Below, in pieces: positions 28,280 through 37,685 of a DNA stretch of 64,000 nt. Made by a program: the position numbers and the translations under genes. The stretch is from positions 35,366 to 99,365 of the forward strand of contig NZ_CAMFJF010000006.1 in the NCBI RefSeq assembly GCF_945956895.1, read 5' to 3'. This DNA is from an uncultured Bosea sp. GTDB taxonomy: Bacteria > Pseudomonadota > Alphaproteobacteria > Rhizobiales > Beijerinckiaceae. The notes below the pieces were generated by a model. It did not search any database, was not told the DNA's origin, and saw nothing but the letters and a program-made list of their open reading frames with translations. The number at the start of each line of letters is the position of its first letter. The stretch's first letter is position 1.

Positions 28280-28849
28280 ATGACGACCGAATTCGGCGCA
28301 ACGGATCTCTGGGTCTTCGGCTACGGCTCGCTGATCTGGCGGCCGGGCTTCGCCTTCGAGGAAAGCGTGCAGGCGCGCCTCCGCGGCTATCATCGTTCGC
28401 TCTGCGTGTTCTCGCATGTGCATCGCGGTACGCCGGAGCGGCCGGGGTTAGTGCTCGGGCTGGATCGTGGCGGGGTCTGCCGGGGCCTTGCCTTCCGCGT
28501 CGCGGCCGGGCAGGCGCAGGAGACTGTTGATTATCTCCGGGCGCGCGAGCAGGCGACGGCGGTCTATCTCGAGCGCCATGTTCCGTTGAGTCTGGAGGAC
28601 GGCCGGCAGGTGCGCGGGATCGTCTATGTCGCCGACCGCAAGCACCTGCAATATGCCGGCAAGCTGCCGCCGGAACAGCTGCTCAAGCTCGTGCGCGAAG
28701 GCAGGGGCCAGTCCGGCGAGAACCCGGACTATGTGCTGCAGACGCATGAGCATCTGCGCAAGATGGGTATCTTCGATCCCGTTCTGGCCGGGCTGGCGCA
28801 GCAGCTGGCGCCGGGGCTGGGTGCGCCCCACCCGCCGCTCGCGGGTTGA
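28280..28849 (+). CDS. chaC: ChaC-family gamma-glutamylcyclotransferase
   Basis: N-terminal motif LWVFGYGSLIWRPGF and the conserved GxxERPG region. Confidence 0.85.
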   Translation: MTTEFGATDLWVFGYGSLIWRPGFAFEESVQARLRGYHRSLCVFSHVHRGTPERPGLVLGLDRGGVCRGLAFRVAAGQAQETVDYLRAREQATAVYLERHVPLSLEDGRQVRGIVYVADRKHLQYAGKLPPEQLLKLVREGRGQSGENPDYVLQTHEHLRKMGIFDPVLAGLAQQLAPGLGAPHPPLAG

Positions 28850-29248
28850 TCAGCCTTCCGGGTTCGCTTCCGGCATCAGGTCGAGCAGGGCGGCGCGACG
28901 GCTCATTCCGTCCTCGGCGAGCAGGTGGACATGGATCTCGCAGGCGCCGGCGGCCAGGACCGCGCGCTGCCAGCGGCCCAATGCCGCCTCGATGCCGAAG
29001 GGGCCGGAATCGCGGGCGGCGATGACGCGCCGATCGGCGGAGATCGCGAGCAGGACCGCATCGGTGAAGCTGAGCGCATGCGTGTCGTCGACGGTGAAGA
29101 CCGAGGCGACATAGCGCCGGCCGGAGCGACCGCGCCAGGCGGTGAAGCGGCGCTCGCTCAGCGCGGCCGTGCTGCGCAGGGGCATTTCGCGGGCGGCCGG
29201 CGCCTCGTCGAAGAGATCGGGGGTGTAGCGATAGGCGAGAGCGGCCAT
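28850..29248 (-). CDS. Hypothetical protein (132 aa)
   Basis: Convergent with chaC with zero spacing (TGATCA). No recognised domain. Confidence 0.45.
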   Translation of the reverse strand: MAALAYRYTPDLFDEAPAAREMPLRSTAALSERRFTAWRGRSGRRYVASVFTVDDTHALSFTDAVLLAISADRRVIAARDSGPFGIEAALGRWQRAVLAAGACEIHVHLLAEDGMSRRAALLDLMPEANPEG

Positions 29249-29354
29249 GTCCGTTCCTCCTGTGATAGGAACAAAATGGGAACGACATGGGGATAAGTCA
29301 AGCGCCGCCGATCGCGAAACCGCATTTCGGCCGAGGTTCTGCTGTCAGGGCCTG

Positions 29355-30116
29355 TCAGGAGTTGGCGAGCGGGTCCATGCCGCGCGCGGCGAGCTCGGCC
29401 CGGCCTTGAGCCAGGAGGTGGTCGCTTGCGGCCTCGATCCGCTCCTGCAGCAGGTGCTGGAACGAGACCTTGTCGAGACCCGGTTCGATCGGCGGCAGGA
29501 TCACGATGCGGACCGTGCCCGGGCGGCGCAGGAACTTGCGGCGCGGCCAGTAGAGGCCGGTGTTCAGGGCAACCGGGACGCAGGGCACGCCGAGCTCGGC
29601 ATAGAGATGGGCTGCTCCGAATTTGTAGGCGGGCGGGGCCCCTGGCGCGCGGCGGGTGCCTTCAGGGAAGATCAGGAGCTGGCGGCCGTTCTGGCCGAGC
29701 TCGATCTTGGCGCGGCGCGTGACATGGGAGAGCGCGCGGGCCCGCGCGCCGCGGTTGACGGGAATCATCCGCATCTTCGTCAAGGCCCAGCCGAAGACAG
29801 GGATCCAGGTCAGTTCGCGCTTCAGGATGAAGACCGGATTCCGGAAGACCGTCACCAGCGCGAAGGTCTCCAGGAAGGACTGGTGCTTGGCACCGACCAT
29901 CAGGCCTCCCTGCGGGATGTTCTCGATGCCGGTGATCTCGCAGCGCATGCCGGCGACGACGCGCATCAGCCAGAGCGAAGAGCGCGACCAGCCGATCGCG
30001 ACCGCCAGCAGGACCCGCTTCGGCAAGAGCAGCGAGGGCAGGACCGCGAAGATCAGCCAGAGGATGAGATTGGCATAGAACAGGGTGTTGAAGGCGAGGG
30101 AGCGCAGGACGAGCAT
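29355..30116 (-). CDS. plsC: 1-acyl-sn-glycerol-3-phosphate acyltransferase family protein
   Basis: Motifs KHQSFLET (HX4D/E-like) and FPEGTRR. N-terminal TM segment. ATG at 30116 (TTG alternative at 30125). Confidence 0.8.
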   Translation of the reverse strand: MLVLRSLAFNTLFYANLILWLIFAVLPSLLLPKRVLLAVAIGWSRSSLWLMRVVAGMRCEITGIENIPQGGLMVGAKHQSFLETFALVTVFRNPVFILKRELTWIPVFGWALTKMRMIPVNRGARARALSHVTRRAKIELGQNGRQLLIFPEGTRRAPGAPPAYKFGAAHLYAELGVPCVPVALNTGLYWPRRKFLRRPGTVRIVILPPIEPGLDKVSFQHLLQERIEAASDHLLAQGRAELAARGMDPLANS

Positions 30117-30224
30117 GCTGCGCAATGAGCCTGAGACGCCCTTCCGGTCAAGCGCTATGGCATCGGATTGATCATCGTTATCGCGTCTGATCGGACGCGC
30201 GACGATCGAGCTTGCCGTTCGGCA

Positions 30225-31031
30225 TCAACCTTCGTGGCGATGCTGGCCCAGCAGGCGCGTGCGCTTTTCGGCGGCGGGCCCCAAGGTGTCGGCAGGCTTC
30301 GGCGAAACCGGTTTGCGGCCGCCGATGATGACCGAGAGGCGCGAATTTTCCGGATCGCTTTCGACGAAGCTGCGCAGGCGCGCGGCGAGGTATTTCGCAT
30401 ATTCCGGGGCGAGCACCTTGACGACGGACCAGCGGTTCCACCAGCCGGCGGTGTCGATATGGTCGGTCACGACCGGATGGGCGACGAGCTGGACGCCCGG
30501 CATCGCGTGCCCGAATTCGGCGAGCGTGCGCGGCATATGGTAGTTCGAGGTCACCACCAGCAGCGAGCGGAAGCCGTGGCGACGCACCCAGCGGCGGGTC
30601 TCGATCGCGTTGCCGATGGTGTTGCGGGCGCGATAGTCGAGGTCGACGCAGCAGGAAAGCAGATCGCGCGAAGCCGGGTTCAGCTTGGCGAGTTCCTCGC
30701 GGCCGGTCCTCTCGTTGACGCCACTGATCAAAAGCCGTTGTCCGCGCTCGGCGCCAAGCAAGCCGATAGCATCGCCGACACGCTGGGCTCCGCCAGTGAC
30801 CACAACGATCGCATCGGTGCGCGGCGTGTCCGTGCGTTCGCGCCCGTCGATCATCGCGGCGAAGCGGACATAGCCGATGCCGAAAAGCAGCACGCCGATG
30901 CCGACGACGGTCGCCGCCGCCAACCCGAGAATGCGACGCAGCGAGATCGACCGGGCGGGCTTGCCGTCCCGGGGCGCGGAAGCGGAAGGCGCCATCGTGA
31001 GATGGTCGTTGGTGCTGCCGATCATGGCCAT
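30225..31031 (-). CDS. DUF218 (YdcF/SanA/ElyC-like) domain protein
   Basis: TM anchor then IVVVTGG...LLISGVN...VVTSNYHMPR motifs. Start ambiguous (31055 TTG, 31031 or 31025 ATG). Confidence 0.75.
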   Translation of the reverse strand: MAMIGSTNDHLTMAPSASAPRDGKPARSISLRRILGLAAATVVGIGVLLFGIGYVRFAAMIDGRERTDTPRTDAIVVVTGGAQRVGDAIGLLGAERGQRLLISGVNERTGREELAKLNPASRDLLSCCVDLDYRARNTIGNAIETRRWVRRHGFRSLLVVTSNYHMPRTLAEFGHAMPGVQLVAHPVVTDHIDTAGWWNRWSVVKVLAPEYAKYLAARLRSFVESDPENSRLSVIIGGRKPVSPKPADTLGPAAEKRTRLLGQHRHEG

Positions 31032-31137
31032 GACGCTGCCGTCGTAGCGTGCCAATCGGGCATAACGGCGGCACGCCCGCGTCCGGCCTTGCCGCAGGCG
31101 TTAAGGCTTTGTTGACGGCGCGCGCTCGTCGGGATGC

Positions 31138-32100
31138 TCATGCCAGCATCCTCAGGTGGTGGCGGACCGTGAAGCGCGAGACCAGGCCGGCGATCGCCGC
31201 CACGACCAGCGCGACGAGGAGGACGGCACCATAGCCCGTCCAGCCGATCTCGAAGGCGCCGAACAGGGCCTGCAACTGCTCCGCCTCGGGCGTCGCGCTC
31301 CAGCGCGAAGCGAGGAAGCCGAGCACGCCGATCGTGGCGATCGCGGCGAGGCCTCCAAACAATCCGCCGCGGAGGCCGAGCCGGATGAAGCGGCTCTGGA
31401 ATTCCCGCGCGATGAAATCGTCGTTGGCCCCGACGAAATGCAGGACCTCGACGCTGTCGCGGCTGCCGGCCATGGCGCCGCGCGTGGCGAAGGCGACGGC
31501 GAGAGCCGCCGCGGTCAGGACGAGCAGGACGATGGCGAAGCCCGAGGCGATGATGGTGCCGGCCATGGCGGAGAGGCGCCTGACCCAAAGCCGGTGGTCG
31601 TCCAGCGTCGCGGTCGGTACCTCGCGGCGCAGCGCCGCGCCGAAGCCGGCGAGATCGGCGCCGGCATCCGGCCTGAGCTTGAGCACGATCAGGCGCGGCA
31701 CCGGCAATTCGACGAGATCGAGCCCCGTGCCGAGCCAGGGCTCTAGCAGCTTGTCCGATTCGGCCTTGGGCACGGCACGGACGCTCTCGACCTCCTTCAA
31801 CCCGCTCGCGAGCATGACGGCGCGCGCCACGTCGTCGTCGATCTTGCGATGCGAGTCGGGGCGGACCTGGATGGTCATCTCGTTGGAGATGGCGCCGCGC
31901 CATTGATCGGAGGCGCGCGCGGCGAGGACGGCTGCGCCCGCGCTGAGCGAGGCGAGGAAGGTCAGGATCGCGATCACGGCCATCAGTGCGCGGCCGGCGA
32001 CATTGTCGACGGGTACGAGCGGTTGGTCCCGGCGGAGATTGGCGGGCAGGCCGCGCTCTGCCCGCCCGGTTTCCCGGTCGCTGACCTCAGGCGTCGACAT
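31138..32100 (-). CDS. ftsX: Cell-division ABC transporter permease FtsX
   Basis: 4-TM FtsX topology with a large periplasmic loop. Overlaps ftsE by 14 nt. Confidence 0.85.
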   Translation of the reverse strand: MSTPEVSDRETGRAERGLPANLRRDQPLVPVDNVAGRALMAVIAILTFLASLSAGAAVLAARASDQWRGAISNEMTIQVRPDSHRKIDDDVARAVMLASGLKEVESVRAVPKAESDKLLEPWLGTGLDLVELPVPRLIVLKLRPDAGADLAGFGAALRREVPTATLDDHRLWVRRLSAMAGTIIASGFAIVLLVLTAAALAVAFATRGAMAGSRDSVEVLHFVGANDDFIAREFQSRFIRLGLRGGLFGGLAAIATIGVLGFLASRWSATPEAEQLQALFGAFEIGWTGYGAVLLVALVVAAIAGLVSRFTVRHHLRMLA

Positions 32101-32746
32101 GCAGGTGTCCGTCGGCGAGCACGAGGCGCGGCGCGTCGTAGATATCCATCAGGTTGAGGTCGTGGGTCGCGATGACCACGGCGGTGCCGAGCGCCTGCAG
32201 CTCCATGAACAGCCGCAGCAGGCGCCGGCCCAAGCCGGGGTCGACATTGCCCGTCGGCTCGTCGGCGAGCAGGAGCTCGGGCCGGCTGATCAGGGCGCGG
32301 GCGATCGCGGCGCGTTGCTTCTCGCCGCCGGAGAGGACGGGGGGCACGGCATGCATGCGTTCGCCGAGCCCGACCCAGCGCAGCAATTCGACGACCTCGG
32401 CGCGGTAGCTCGCCTCCTCCTTGCCGAGGACGCGCAGCGGCAGCGCGACATTCTCATAGACGGTGAGGTGATCGAGCAGGCGGAAATCCTGGAAGACGAC
32501 GCCCATGCGGCGGCGGAAGGCGGTGAGCGTGTCGGGATCCAGCCGCGAGACGTCCTGGCCGAACAGGTTGACCAGCCCGCGCGTCGGCTTCAACGCCATC
32601 AGGATGAGGCGCATCAGCGTCGTCTTGCCGGCGCCGGAGGGGCCGGTGAGGTACTGGAACGAGCGCGGCTCGATGCTGAAGTTGATGTCCTTCAGCACCT
32701 CCGGGCCCATGCCGTAACGCAGGCCGACATTCTCGAACCGAACCAA
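32087..32746 (-). CDS. ftsE: Cell-division ATP-binding protein FtsE
   Basis: TTG start at 32746 with a GAGGAAG SD. Walker A GPSGAGKTT and signature LSGGEKQR. Confidence 0.85.
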   Translation of the reverse strand: MVRFENVGLRYGMGPEVLKDINFSIEPRSFQYLTGPSGAGKTTLMRLILMALKPTRGLVNLFGQDVSRLDPDTLTAFRRRMGVVFQDFRLLDHLTVYENVALPLRVLGKEEASYRAEVVELLRWVGLGERMHAVPPVLSGGEKQRAAIARALISRPELLLADEPTGNVDPGLGRRLLRLFMELQALGTAVVIATHDLNLMDIYDAPRLVLADGHLHVDA

Positions 32747-33003
32747 ACGGTCTTCCTCGCTGAACCGATCTCTTGCGAATCCGCAGACGATCCTACACCG
32801 CAAGCCGGGGGGCGCGGAAAGATCGTGATGCGACCAATCTGCCCCAGCGATTCTTCACGGAGCGTTAACCATAAATTGCGCCAATGGAGACGCGCGCAAC
32901 GGCTGCCGTCATGCGGCGCCTTGCCGCCGGCCAAGGCACGGGGGCAACGTCGGCCGGGCCGAATCGCTCATGGCCACCGGTTTGAAGGAGTTGGCTCGCA
33001 CCC

Positions 33004-33804
33004 ATGCTGATCGTCTGCCCATCCTGCGCGAGCCAGTATGAGCTCGACGCGGCCAAACTGGGGCCGGAAGGGCGCAAGGTGCGATGCGCCGGCTGCAAGA
33101 CGTCGTGGCATGTCGAACCTACCGCATTTCCCGAGCCGCCCAGCGCGGCGGAGACCCAGGCGCTGCTCGCCGAGGAGCTGGAGCGCGCCGCGTCGATCGA
33201 GGCCGAGATCACCGCAATCGCCGCCGAAGGCGCGCGCCAGGATGAGGCCGGGGAGGCACCTGCCGTCGAGGCGCCGCCTGCCGCCGGGCCGAAGCGCCGC
33301 GGCAAGCCTTCCGGCAAGGCGCGCAAGGCGCCAGGCGCCATTCTGCGTCGCGGAGGGGCCGGGCTGCCGGCTGTTGCCGCGCTCGCGGGACTTGTCTTGC
33401 TTGGCGGCGTGGTCTGGCAGCGCGAGGCGGCGGTCCGTGCGGCGCCGCAGCTTGCAGGCCTGTTCGAGAAGATCGGCATGCCCGTCAATGTCCGGGGTCT
33501 CAGCCTCAGCTCGATCGAAAGTGGCCTCGTCGAGGACGGGCAGAACCGCTTCCTCGTCGTCGAGGGGGATGTCACCAACGTCACCAAGAGCAAGACCATG
33601 GTGCCGCCGATCGAGGTTGCGGTCAGGGATGCCGCCGGCGCGACGCTCTACACCTGGACGACCGAGCCGCCGCGCACGAGCTTGCAGCCGGCGGAGCTGA
33701 TCCGCTTCCGGGCACGGCTGGCCTCTCCGCCGGAGCAGGGGCAGTCGGTCAGGGTGCGCTTCACCTCGGCGCAGAGCGCGGCCAATCTCGCCAGCAAGCA
33801 CTGA
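33004..33804 (+). CDS. MJ0042-type zinc-ribbon / DUF3426-like membrane protein
   Basis: MLIVCPSCASQYELD...VRCAGCKTSWHV zinc ribbon, a TM segment, and a C-terminal beta-rich domain. Confidence 0.7.
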   Translation: MLIVCPSCASQYELDAAKLGPEGRKVRCAGCKTSWHVEPTAFPEPPSAAETQALLAEELERAASIEAEITAIAAEGARQDEAGEAPAVEAPPAAGPKRRGKPSGKARKAPGAILRRGGAGLPAVAALAGLVLLGGVVWQREAAVRAAPQLAGLFEKIGMPVNVRGLSLSSIESGLVEDGQNRFLVVEGDVTNVTKSKTMVPPIEVAVRDAAGATLYTWTTEPPRTSLQPAELIRFRARLASPPEQGQSVRVRFTSAQSAANLASKH

Positions 33805-33940
33805 GGCTGCTAGGACGGGTATCTGTCGACCGAGCCGGACCAGCAGCCGGACGGTGTTCACATATTGTCGCCTCAACAGGCCTTCGGCGCATCGGCGTCA
33901 CGCGGGGCCGGCTGCGGCCGGGTATCGAAACGGAGTCATC

Positions 33941-34498
33941 ATGCCGGAACGGCGCATCAGGGTTCTCTACGACGAAGCGACGATCGCGCGGCGCAACGAG
34001 GAGATGGCGCAGGCCATCGCGGCCAGCAACCCGAAGGACCTGCTCGTCGTTGCCGTCCTGAAGGGCAGCTTCATGTTCGCCGCCGACCTGATCCGGGCGA
34101 TGCACCGCACCGGGCTCTCGCCGCAGGTCGAGTTTGTCCATCTGTCGAGCTATCTCTCGGGAACCGTCTCCTCGGGCCAGGTCGAGATCCTGCGCGATGT
34201 CCAGAGCGAAGTGCGCGGGCGCGATGTGCTGCTGGTCGACGATATCCTCGAATCCGGCCGGACGCTGGCCTTCGCCAAGGACCTGCTGGCGGCGCGGGGG
34301 GCTGCCAAGGTCTCCACCGCCGTGCTGCTGGAGAAACCGCATAAGCGGGCGGTCAACATCCAGGCGGATTATGTCGGCTTCGAATGCCCCGACTATTTCG
34401 TGGTCGGCTACGGCATGGACGTGGCCCATTCCTATCGACAGCTGCCCTTCGTCGGCGTGGTCGAGACCGATGATCAGGCCGGATTACCCGGTATCTGA
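33941..34498 (+). CDS. hpt: Hypoxanthine phosphoribosyltransferase
   Basis: ATG at 33941. PRPP-binding motif VLLVDDILESGRTL. About 185 aa. Confidence 0.9.
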   Translation: MPERRIRVLYDEATIARRNEEMAQAIAASNPKDLLVVAVLKGSFMFAADLIRAMHRTGLSPQVEFVHLSSYLSGTVSSGQVEILRDVQSEVRGRDVLLVDDILESGRTLAFAKDLLAARGAAKVSTAVLLEKPHKRAVNIQADYVGFECPDYFVVGYGMDVAHSYRQLPFVGVVETDDQAGLPGI

Positions 34499-34507
34499 GG
34501 AGCGTTC

Positions 34508-34882
34508 ATGTCACGTATTCTGGTCGTCGATGACGAGGAGCCGCTGCGCGTGCTGGTCGCGCGCGGCCTGAGCCTCGATGGACATAGCTGCCTGACCGCA
34601 TCGGACGGGGCCGAGGCGCTCGACATCCTCGAAGCCGAGCAGGGGCGCTTCGACCTGCTGCTGACCGATATCCGCATGCCGCTGATGGACGGGATCGCGC
34701 TGGCGCTCGCCGCCAAGCAGCAGTTCCCGGAGCTGACGATCATGCTGATGACCGGCTATGCCGAGCAGCGCGAGCGGGCCAAGAGCCTTGAGACGATCGT
34801 GTCTGAGGTGATGGCCAAGCCCTTCACCATCGCGGAATTGCGCGCGACCGTGATGAAGGTGATCGAACGCTCGATCGGGTAG
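34508..34882 (+). CDS. Single-domain response regulator receiver (CpdR-like)
   Basis: DD acidic pocket (VVDDEE), phospho-acceptor D in LLLTDIRMP, T in MLMTGY, K in AKPF. No output domain. Confidence 0.8.
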   Translation: MSRILVVDDEEPLRVLVARGLSLDGHSCLTASDGAEALDILEAEQGRFDLLLTDIRMPLMDGIALALAAKQQFPELTIMLMTGYAEQRERAKSLETIVSEVMAKPFTIAELRATVMKVIERSIG

Positions 34883-34937
34883 CTGTATTGCGGGACCCGC
34901 GCGACGGCCAGCATTCCAACGGGCGCCTTCTGCGTGG

Positions 34938-35528
34938 TCAGGTCCAAATCCCCTTCGCCTTCGCGAGATAACGCGCCCGTTCCGACAGCCCGTTGCGGCC
35001 GCCGTTGATCAGCCTGGTCACGCGTTCGCTATCGTCGGCATCGGCGGCTACGTTGATGGCGCGCTCGGTCCAATAGGCGAAAGCGACGCGCAGCGAGGTC
35101 TCTGGCTCCTTCGCCCGCCCGGGCTCGGCTTCGAGGTCGATGCCGAGGATCTGGCCGAAGCGGTGGTAATTGGCTCGGCCGGTCAGCTGGAAGATGCCGC
35201 GGCCGTGATAGCGGATGCCGTCGCCGGTTTGGGTGTTGCCGAGATCGCGCCGGCCCTCGTAGCGGACGAAATAGGCGGGACCGCCATATTCCTCGAGCGT
35301 GCGGAAGCCGTCGGTCTCATGGGCGGCCTGCGCCAGGAAATGGCAGATGCGCAATTGCGTCGTGACGGCGTGGTCGTAGGCGAGTTGATCGAAGCGCTCG
35401 GCGATGCCGGCGACGATCGCGGCATTGGCTGAGGGAGCGAGACCCAGCAGGCGCTCGCGGGTCACAGCCAAGGCCGGTTCGGTGGGACGACCGGGGCCGA
35501 ACCAGGTTCCGATGGCGCGCATCGACAT
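34938..35528 (-). CDS. Glycoside hydrolase family 19 (chitinase/lysozyme-like) protein
   Basis: FLAQAAHETDGF...YHGRGIFQLTGRANY...LINGG motifs typical of GH19 phage-type muramidases. No signal peptide seen. Confidence 0.8.
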   Translation of the reverse strand: MSMRAIGTWFGPGRPTEPALAVTRERLLGLAPSANAAIVAGIAERFDQLAYDHAVTTQLRICHFLAQAAHETDGFRTLEEYGGPAYFVRYEGRRDLGNTQTGDGIRYHGRGIFQLTGRANYHRFGQILGIDLEAEPGRAKEPETSLRVAFAYWTERAINVAADADDSERVTRLINGGRNGLSERARYLAKAKGIWT

Positions 35529-35532
35529 GAAA

Positions 35533-35556
35533 ATGCCCTCCCGAGAAGGAGGGCAT
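35533..35556 (-). promoter_or_regulatory. 9-bp perfect hairpin sequestering the GH19 Shine-Dalgarno (ATGCCCTCC-N6-GGAGGGCAT)
   Basis: On the minus strand the 3' arm GGAGGGCAT contains GGAGG 8 nt upstream of the ATG at 35528 and is followed by TTTC. It may also act as a weak terminator for the upstream cupin gene. Confidence 0.5.
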
Positions 35557-35605
35557 CATCGCCGCTGCCGCGAGGCCGGGGATAAAATGCGCCGGCGAGA
35601 GGAAA

Positions 35606-36127
35606 TCAGCCGCTGACGGCGGTGTACTCGGTTTCGATCGAGGAGGTGTGAACCTCGTGGTCGAAGCCGTAGATATGGATCGAGATCGCTTCGCCCGGTC
35701 CGAAATTGCGCATGCGATGGATATTCGGGCCCGAGGGCAGCATGCAGGCGACATAGCCGGGCTTGCGCTCCTGCTCCTCGGTCGGCACGGCGCGATTGGT
35801 GTCGATGGCGCGATACCAGGTCTCGGTCACGGTGCCGGAGACCACGCCGAAGCAGCAGGAGCAATGATGGTCGTGGATCGAGGTGGCCGAGCCCTCGCCC
35901 CAGACGATCGCCCAGACGCTGACGGCCTCGTTGCCCGCGAGCAGGTTGCGGCTATAGCTGCCGGCCTTGCGCTCCAGCGGCAGGCGCTGGATCAGGTCGG
36001 GCATGGCGACGAACTCCTGCAGCACCTCGCGCGCGGCGCTCAGATAGTCGCGCGTCAGCGTGCCCGCATCGGTCCGCAGGTTGCGCAACACGGCCCCGCG
36101 CCGCTCCTCGCTAAGAAAACCCTGCAT
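35606..36127 (-). CDS. Cysteine dioxygenase type I-like cupin protein
   Basis: Cupin metal motif SIHDHH...; GPNIHRMRN...; resembles bacterial CDO/3-mercaptopropionate dioxygenase. Alternative start at 36160. Confidence 0.65.
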   Translation of the reverse strand: MQGFLSEERRGAVLRNLRTDAGTLTRDYLSAAREVLQEFVAMPDLIQRLPLERKAGSYSRNLLAGNEAVSVWAIVWGEGSATSIHDHHCSCCFGVVSGTVTETWYRAIDTNRAVPTEEQERKPGYVACMLPSGPNIHRMRNFGPGEAISIHIYGFDHEVHTSSIETEYTAVSG

Positions 36128-36306
36128 GCCATTCCCCTCTCGATCAGTTGGAGAAATCATACGCGTCGAAAGCGGGAAGCGGTTTGCGGAGATGGAGAAT
36201 TTTCATCCCCATTTGGAATTATATGCCCATCATGCGATAATACATGGAAATTATTCTCTGCTTCACTCTCCAAGAGGGAAGCAGATTCCGATTTTCGCGA
36301 GGAGCC

Positions 36307-36780
36307 ATGGCCAAGCTCGATGCCTTCGACCTGCGCATCCTGGCGCGCTTGCAGGAGGATGCGAGCCAGCCGCTCGCCGAACTCGCCGAGGCGGTGGGAC
36401 TGTCATCCTCGCCCTGCTGGCGGCGGGTGCAGAAGCTGGAGGAGGGCGGCTATATCAAGCGGCGCGTCGCCCTGCTCGATCGTGACAAGCTCAAGGCCGG
36501 CGTCACCGTCTTCATCGCGGTCAGGACGGCGCGGCATTCGATGGAATGGCTGGAACGCTTCCATGCCGCCGTGCAGGACCTGCCGGAGATCGTCGATTTC
36601 TACCGGATGAGCGGCGAGATCGACTACCTGCTCAAGGCCTGCGTCTCCGACATCGCCGCCTATGACGCGCTCTACAAGAAGCTGATCTCGCGCATCGACC
36701 TCAGCGACGTGACCTCGATGTTCGCGATGGAGGAGCTGAAGTCGACCTCGGCGATCCCGCTGGGCTTTGCCGAGCGCTAA
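36307..36780 (+). CDS. Lrp/AsnC family transcriptional regulator
   Basis: MAKLDAFDLRILARLQEDASQPLAELAEAVGLSSSPCWRRV HTH plus an RAM domain. Divergent from the cupin gene across an AT-rich spacer. Confidence 0.9.
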   Translation: MAKLDAFDLRILARLQEDASQPLAELAEAVGLSSSPCWRRVQKLEEGGYIKRRVALLDRDKLKAGVTVFIAVRTARHSMEWLERFHAAVQDLPEIVDFYRMSGEIDYLLKACVSDIAAYDALYKKLISRIDLSDVTSMFAMEELKSTSAIPLGFAER

Positions 36781-36845
36781 TCCGCAGAGCCATGACAAAG
36801 GGAGCGGCTTACCGCTCCCTTCGTCGCTCCGACAGGCCTGATGGC

Positions 36846-37535
36846 TCAGAAGCGGTAGGTCACGCCCGCGGCGATCAGCCAGGGGTCGATCTTGACCTTG
36901 CCGGCGACAAGGCCGTTGTTCACCTTCACCTTGGGCTCCAGGAAGAGCTTCTTGACGTCGAAGTTGAAGCCCCAATGCTGGTCGATCATATAGTCGAAGC
37001 CGGCCTGGAGGGCGAAGCCGAAGGAGTCCTTCAGGTCGAAATCGGTGAAGCCGCCCTTGGCCTTCTCGTTGAAGAACACGGTGTAGTTCACGCCCGCGCC
37101 GACATAGGGCTTGAAGGCGCCGAGATCGGTGAAGTGGTATTGCAGCATCAAGGTCGGCGGCAGCAGCCAGGCTGAGCCGATGCGCGCCCCGGCAAGGCTG
37201 CCCGCGCCCTTCACGTTATGCGGGGTGACGCCGAGGACGAGTTCGGCGGCGATGTTCTTCGTGAAGAAATAGGTGATGTCGAGCTCGGGCACGACCGAGT
37301 TCGAGATATCGACCTTGCCGCCGACGATTGGCGCGCCGCCGATGTTCAGGCTGGCCTTCTCCTGCGGGACGACGAAAAGCGCACGGCCGCGGATCATCCA
37401 CGGGCTCCACTGCGTCAGGACAGGCGCGATCGGGGCCACCTTGGTGGACGGCAGGTCTGCCGCCTGCGCGCCGGTCAGCGCGGTGGCGCCGAGCAGCGCG
37501 GCGGCGAGGGAAAGGGTGATCGAACGAAACGTCAT
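36846..37535 (-). CDS. ompW: OmpW family outer-membrane protein
   Basis: Signal peptide ending AQA. 8-strand beta-barrel pattern. C-terminal ...AAGVTYRF. Confidence 0.85.
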   Translation of the reverse strand: MTFRSITLSLAAALLGATALTGAQAADLPSTKVAPIAPVLTQWSPWMIRGRALFVVPQEKASLNIGGAPIVGGKVDISNSVVPELDITYFFTKNIAAELVLGVTPHNVKGAGSLAGARIGSAWLLPPTLMLQYHFTDLGAFKPYVGAGVNYTVFFNEKAKGGFTDFDLKDSFGFALQAGFDYMIDQHWGFNFDVKKLFLEPKVKVNNGLVAGKVKIDPWLIAAGVTYRF

Positions 37536-37685
37536 GGCGGAAGCCCCTGGAGTGGTAAGCCGGGCTGCCTGTCGGCATCTCCAGCTCATGGCTCCATCAG
37601 CGCCTGTTTCGCGCGACGCGAATTGATGCGGATCAACCGCGGGGGAGGCGGCGGCCTGCTGTGACTTTCAGGTCACGGAAGCCGA

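Noticed and set aside
29249-29275. Second SD-overlapping hairpin (GTTCCT-N8-AGGAAC) in front of the 132-aa hypothetical gene
   Set aside because: The stem is only 6 bp and only partly covers the AGGAGG SD. This is too weak to claim regulation.
34938-35528. Prophage remnant inferred from the GH19 endolysin-like gene
   Set aside because: There are no integrase, capsid, tail, holin or att-like repeats nearby. The flanking genes are ordinary chromosomal genes and composition is unremarkable, so only an orphan gene can be claimed.
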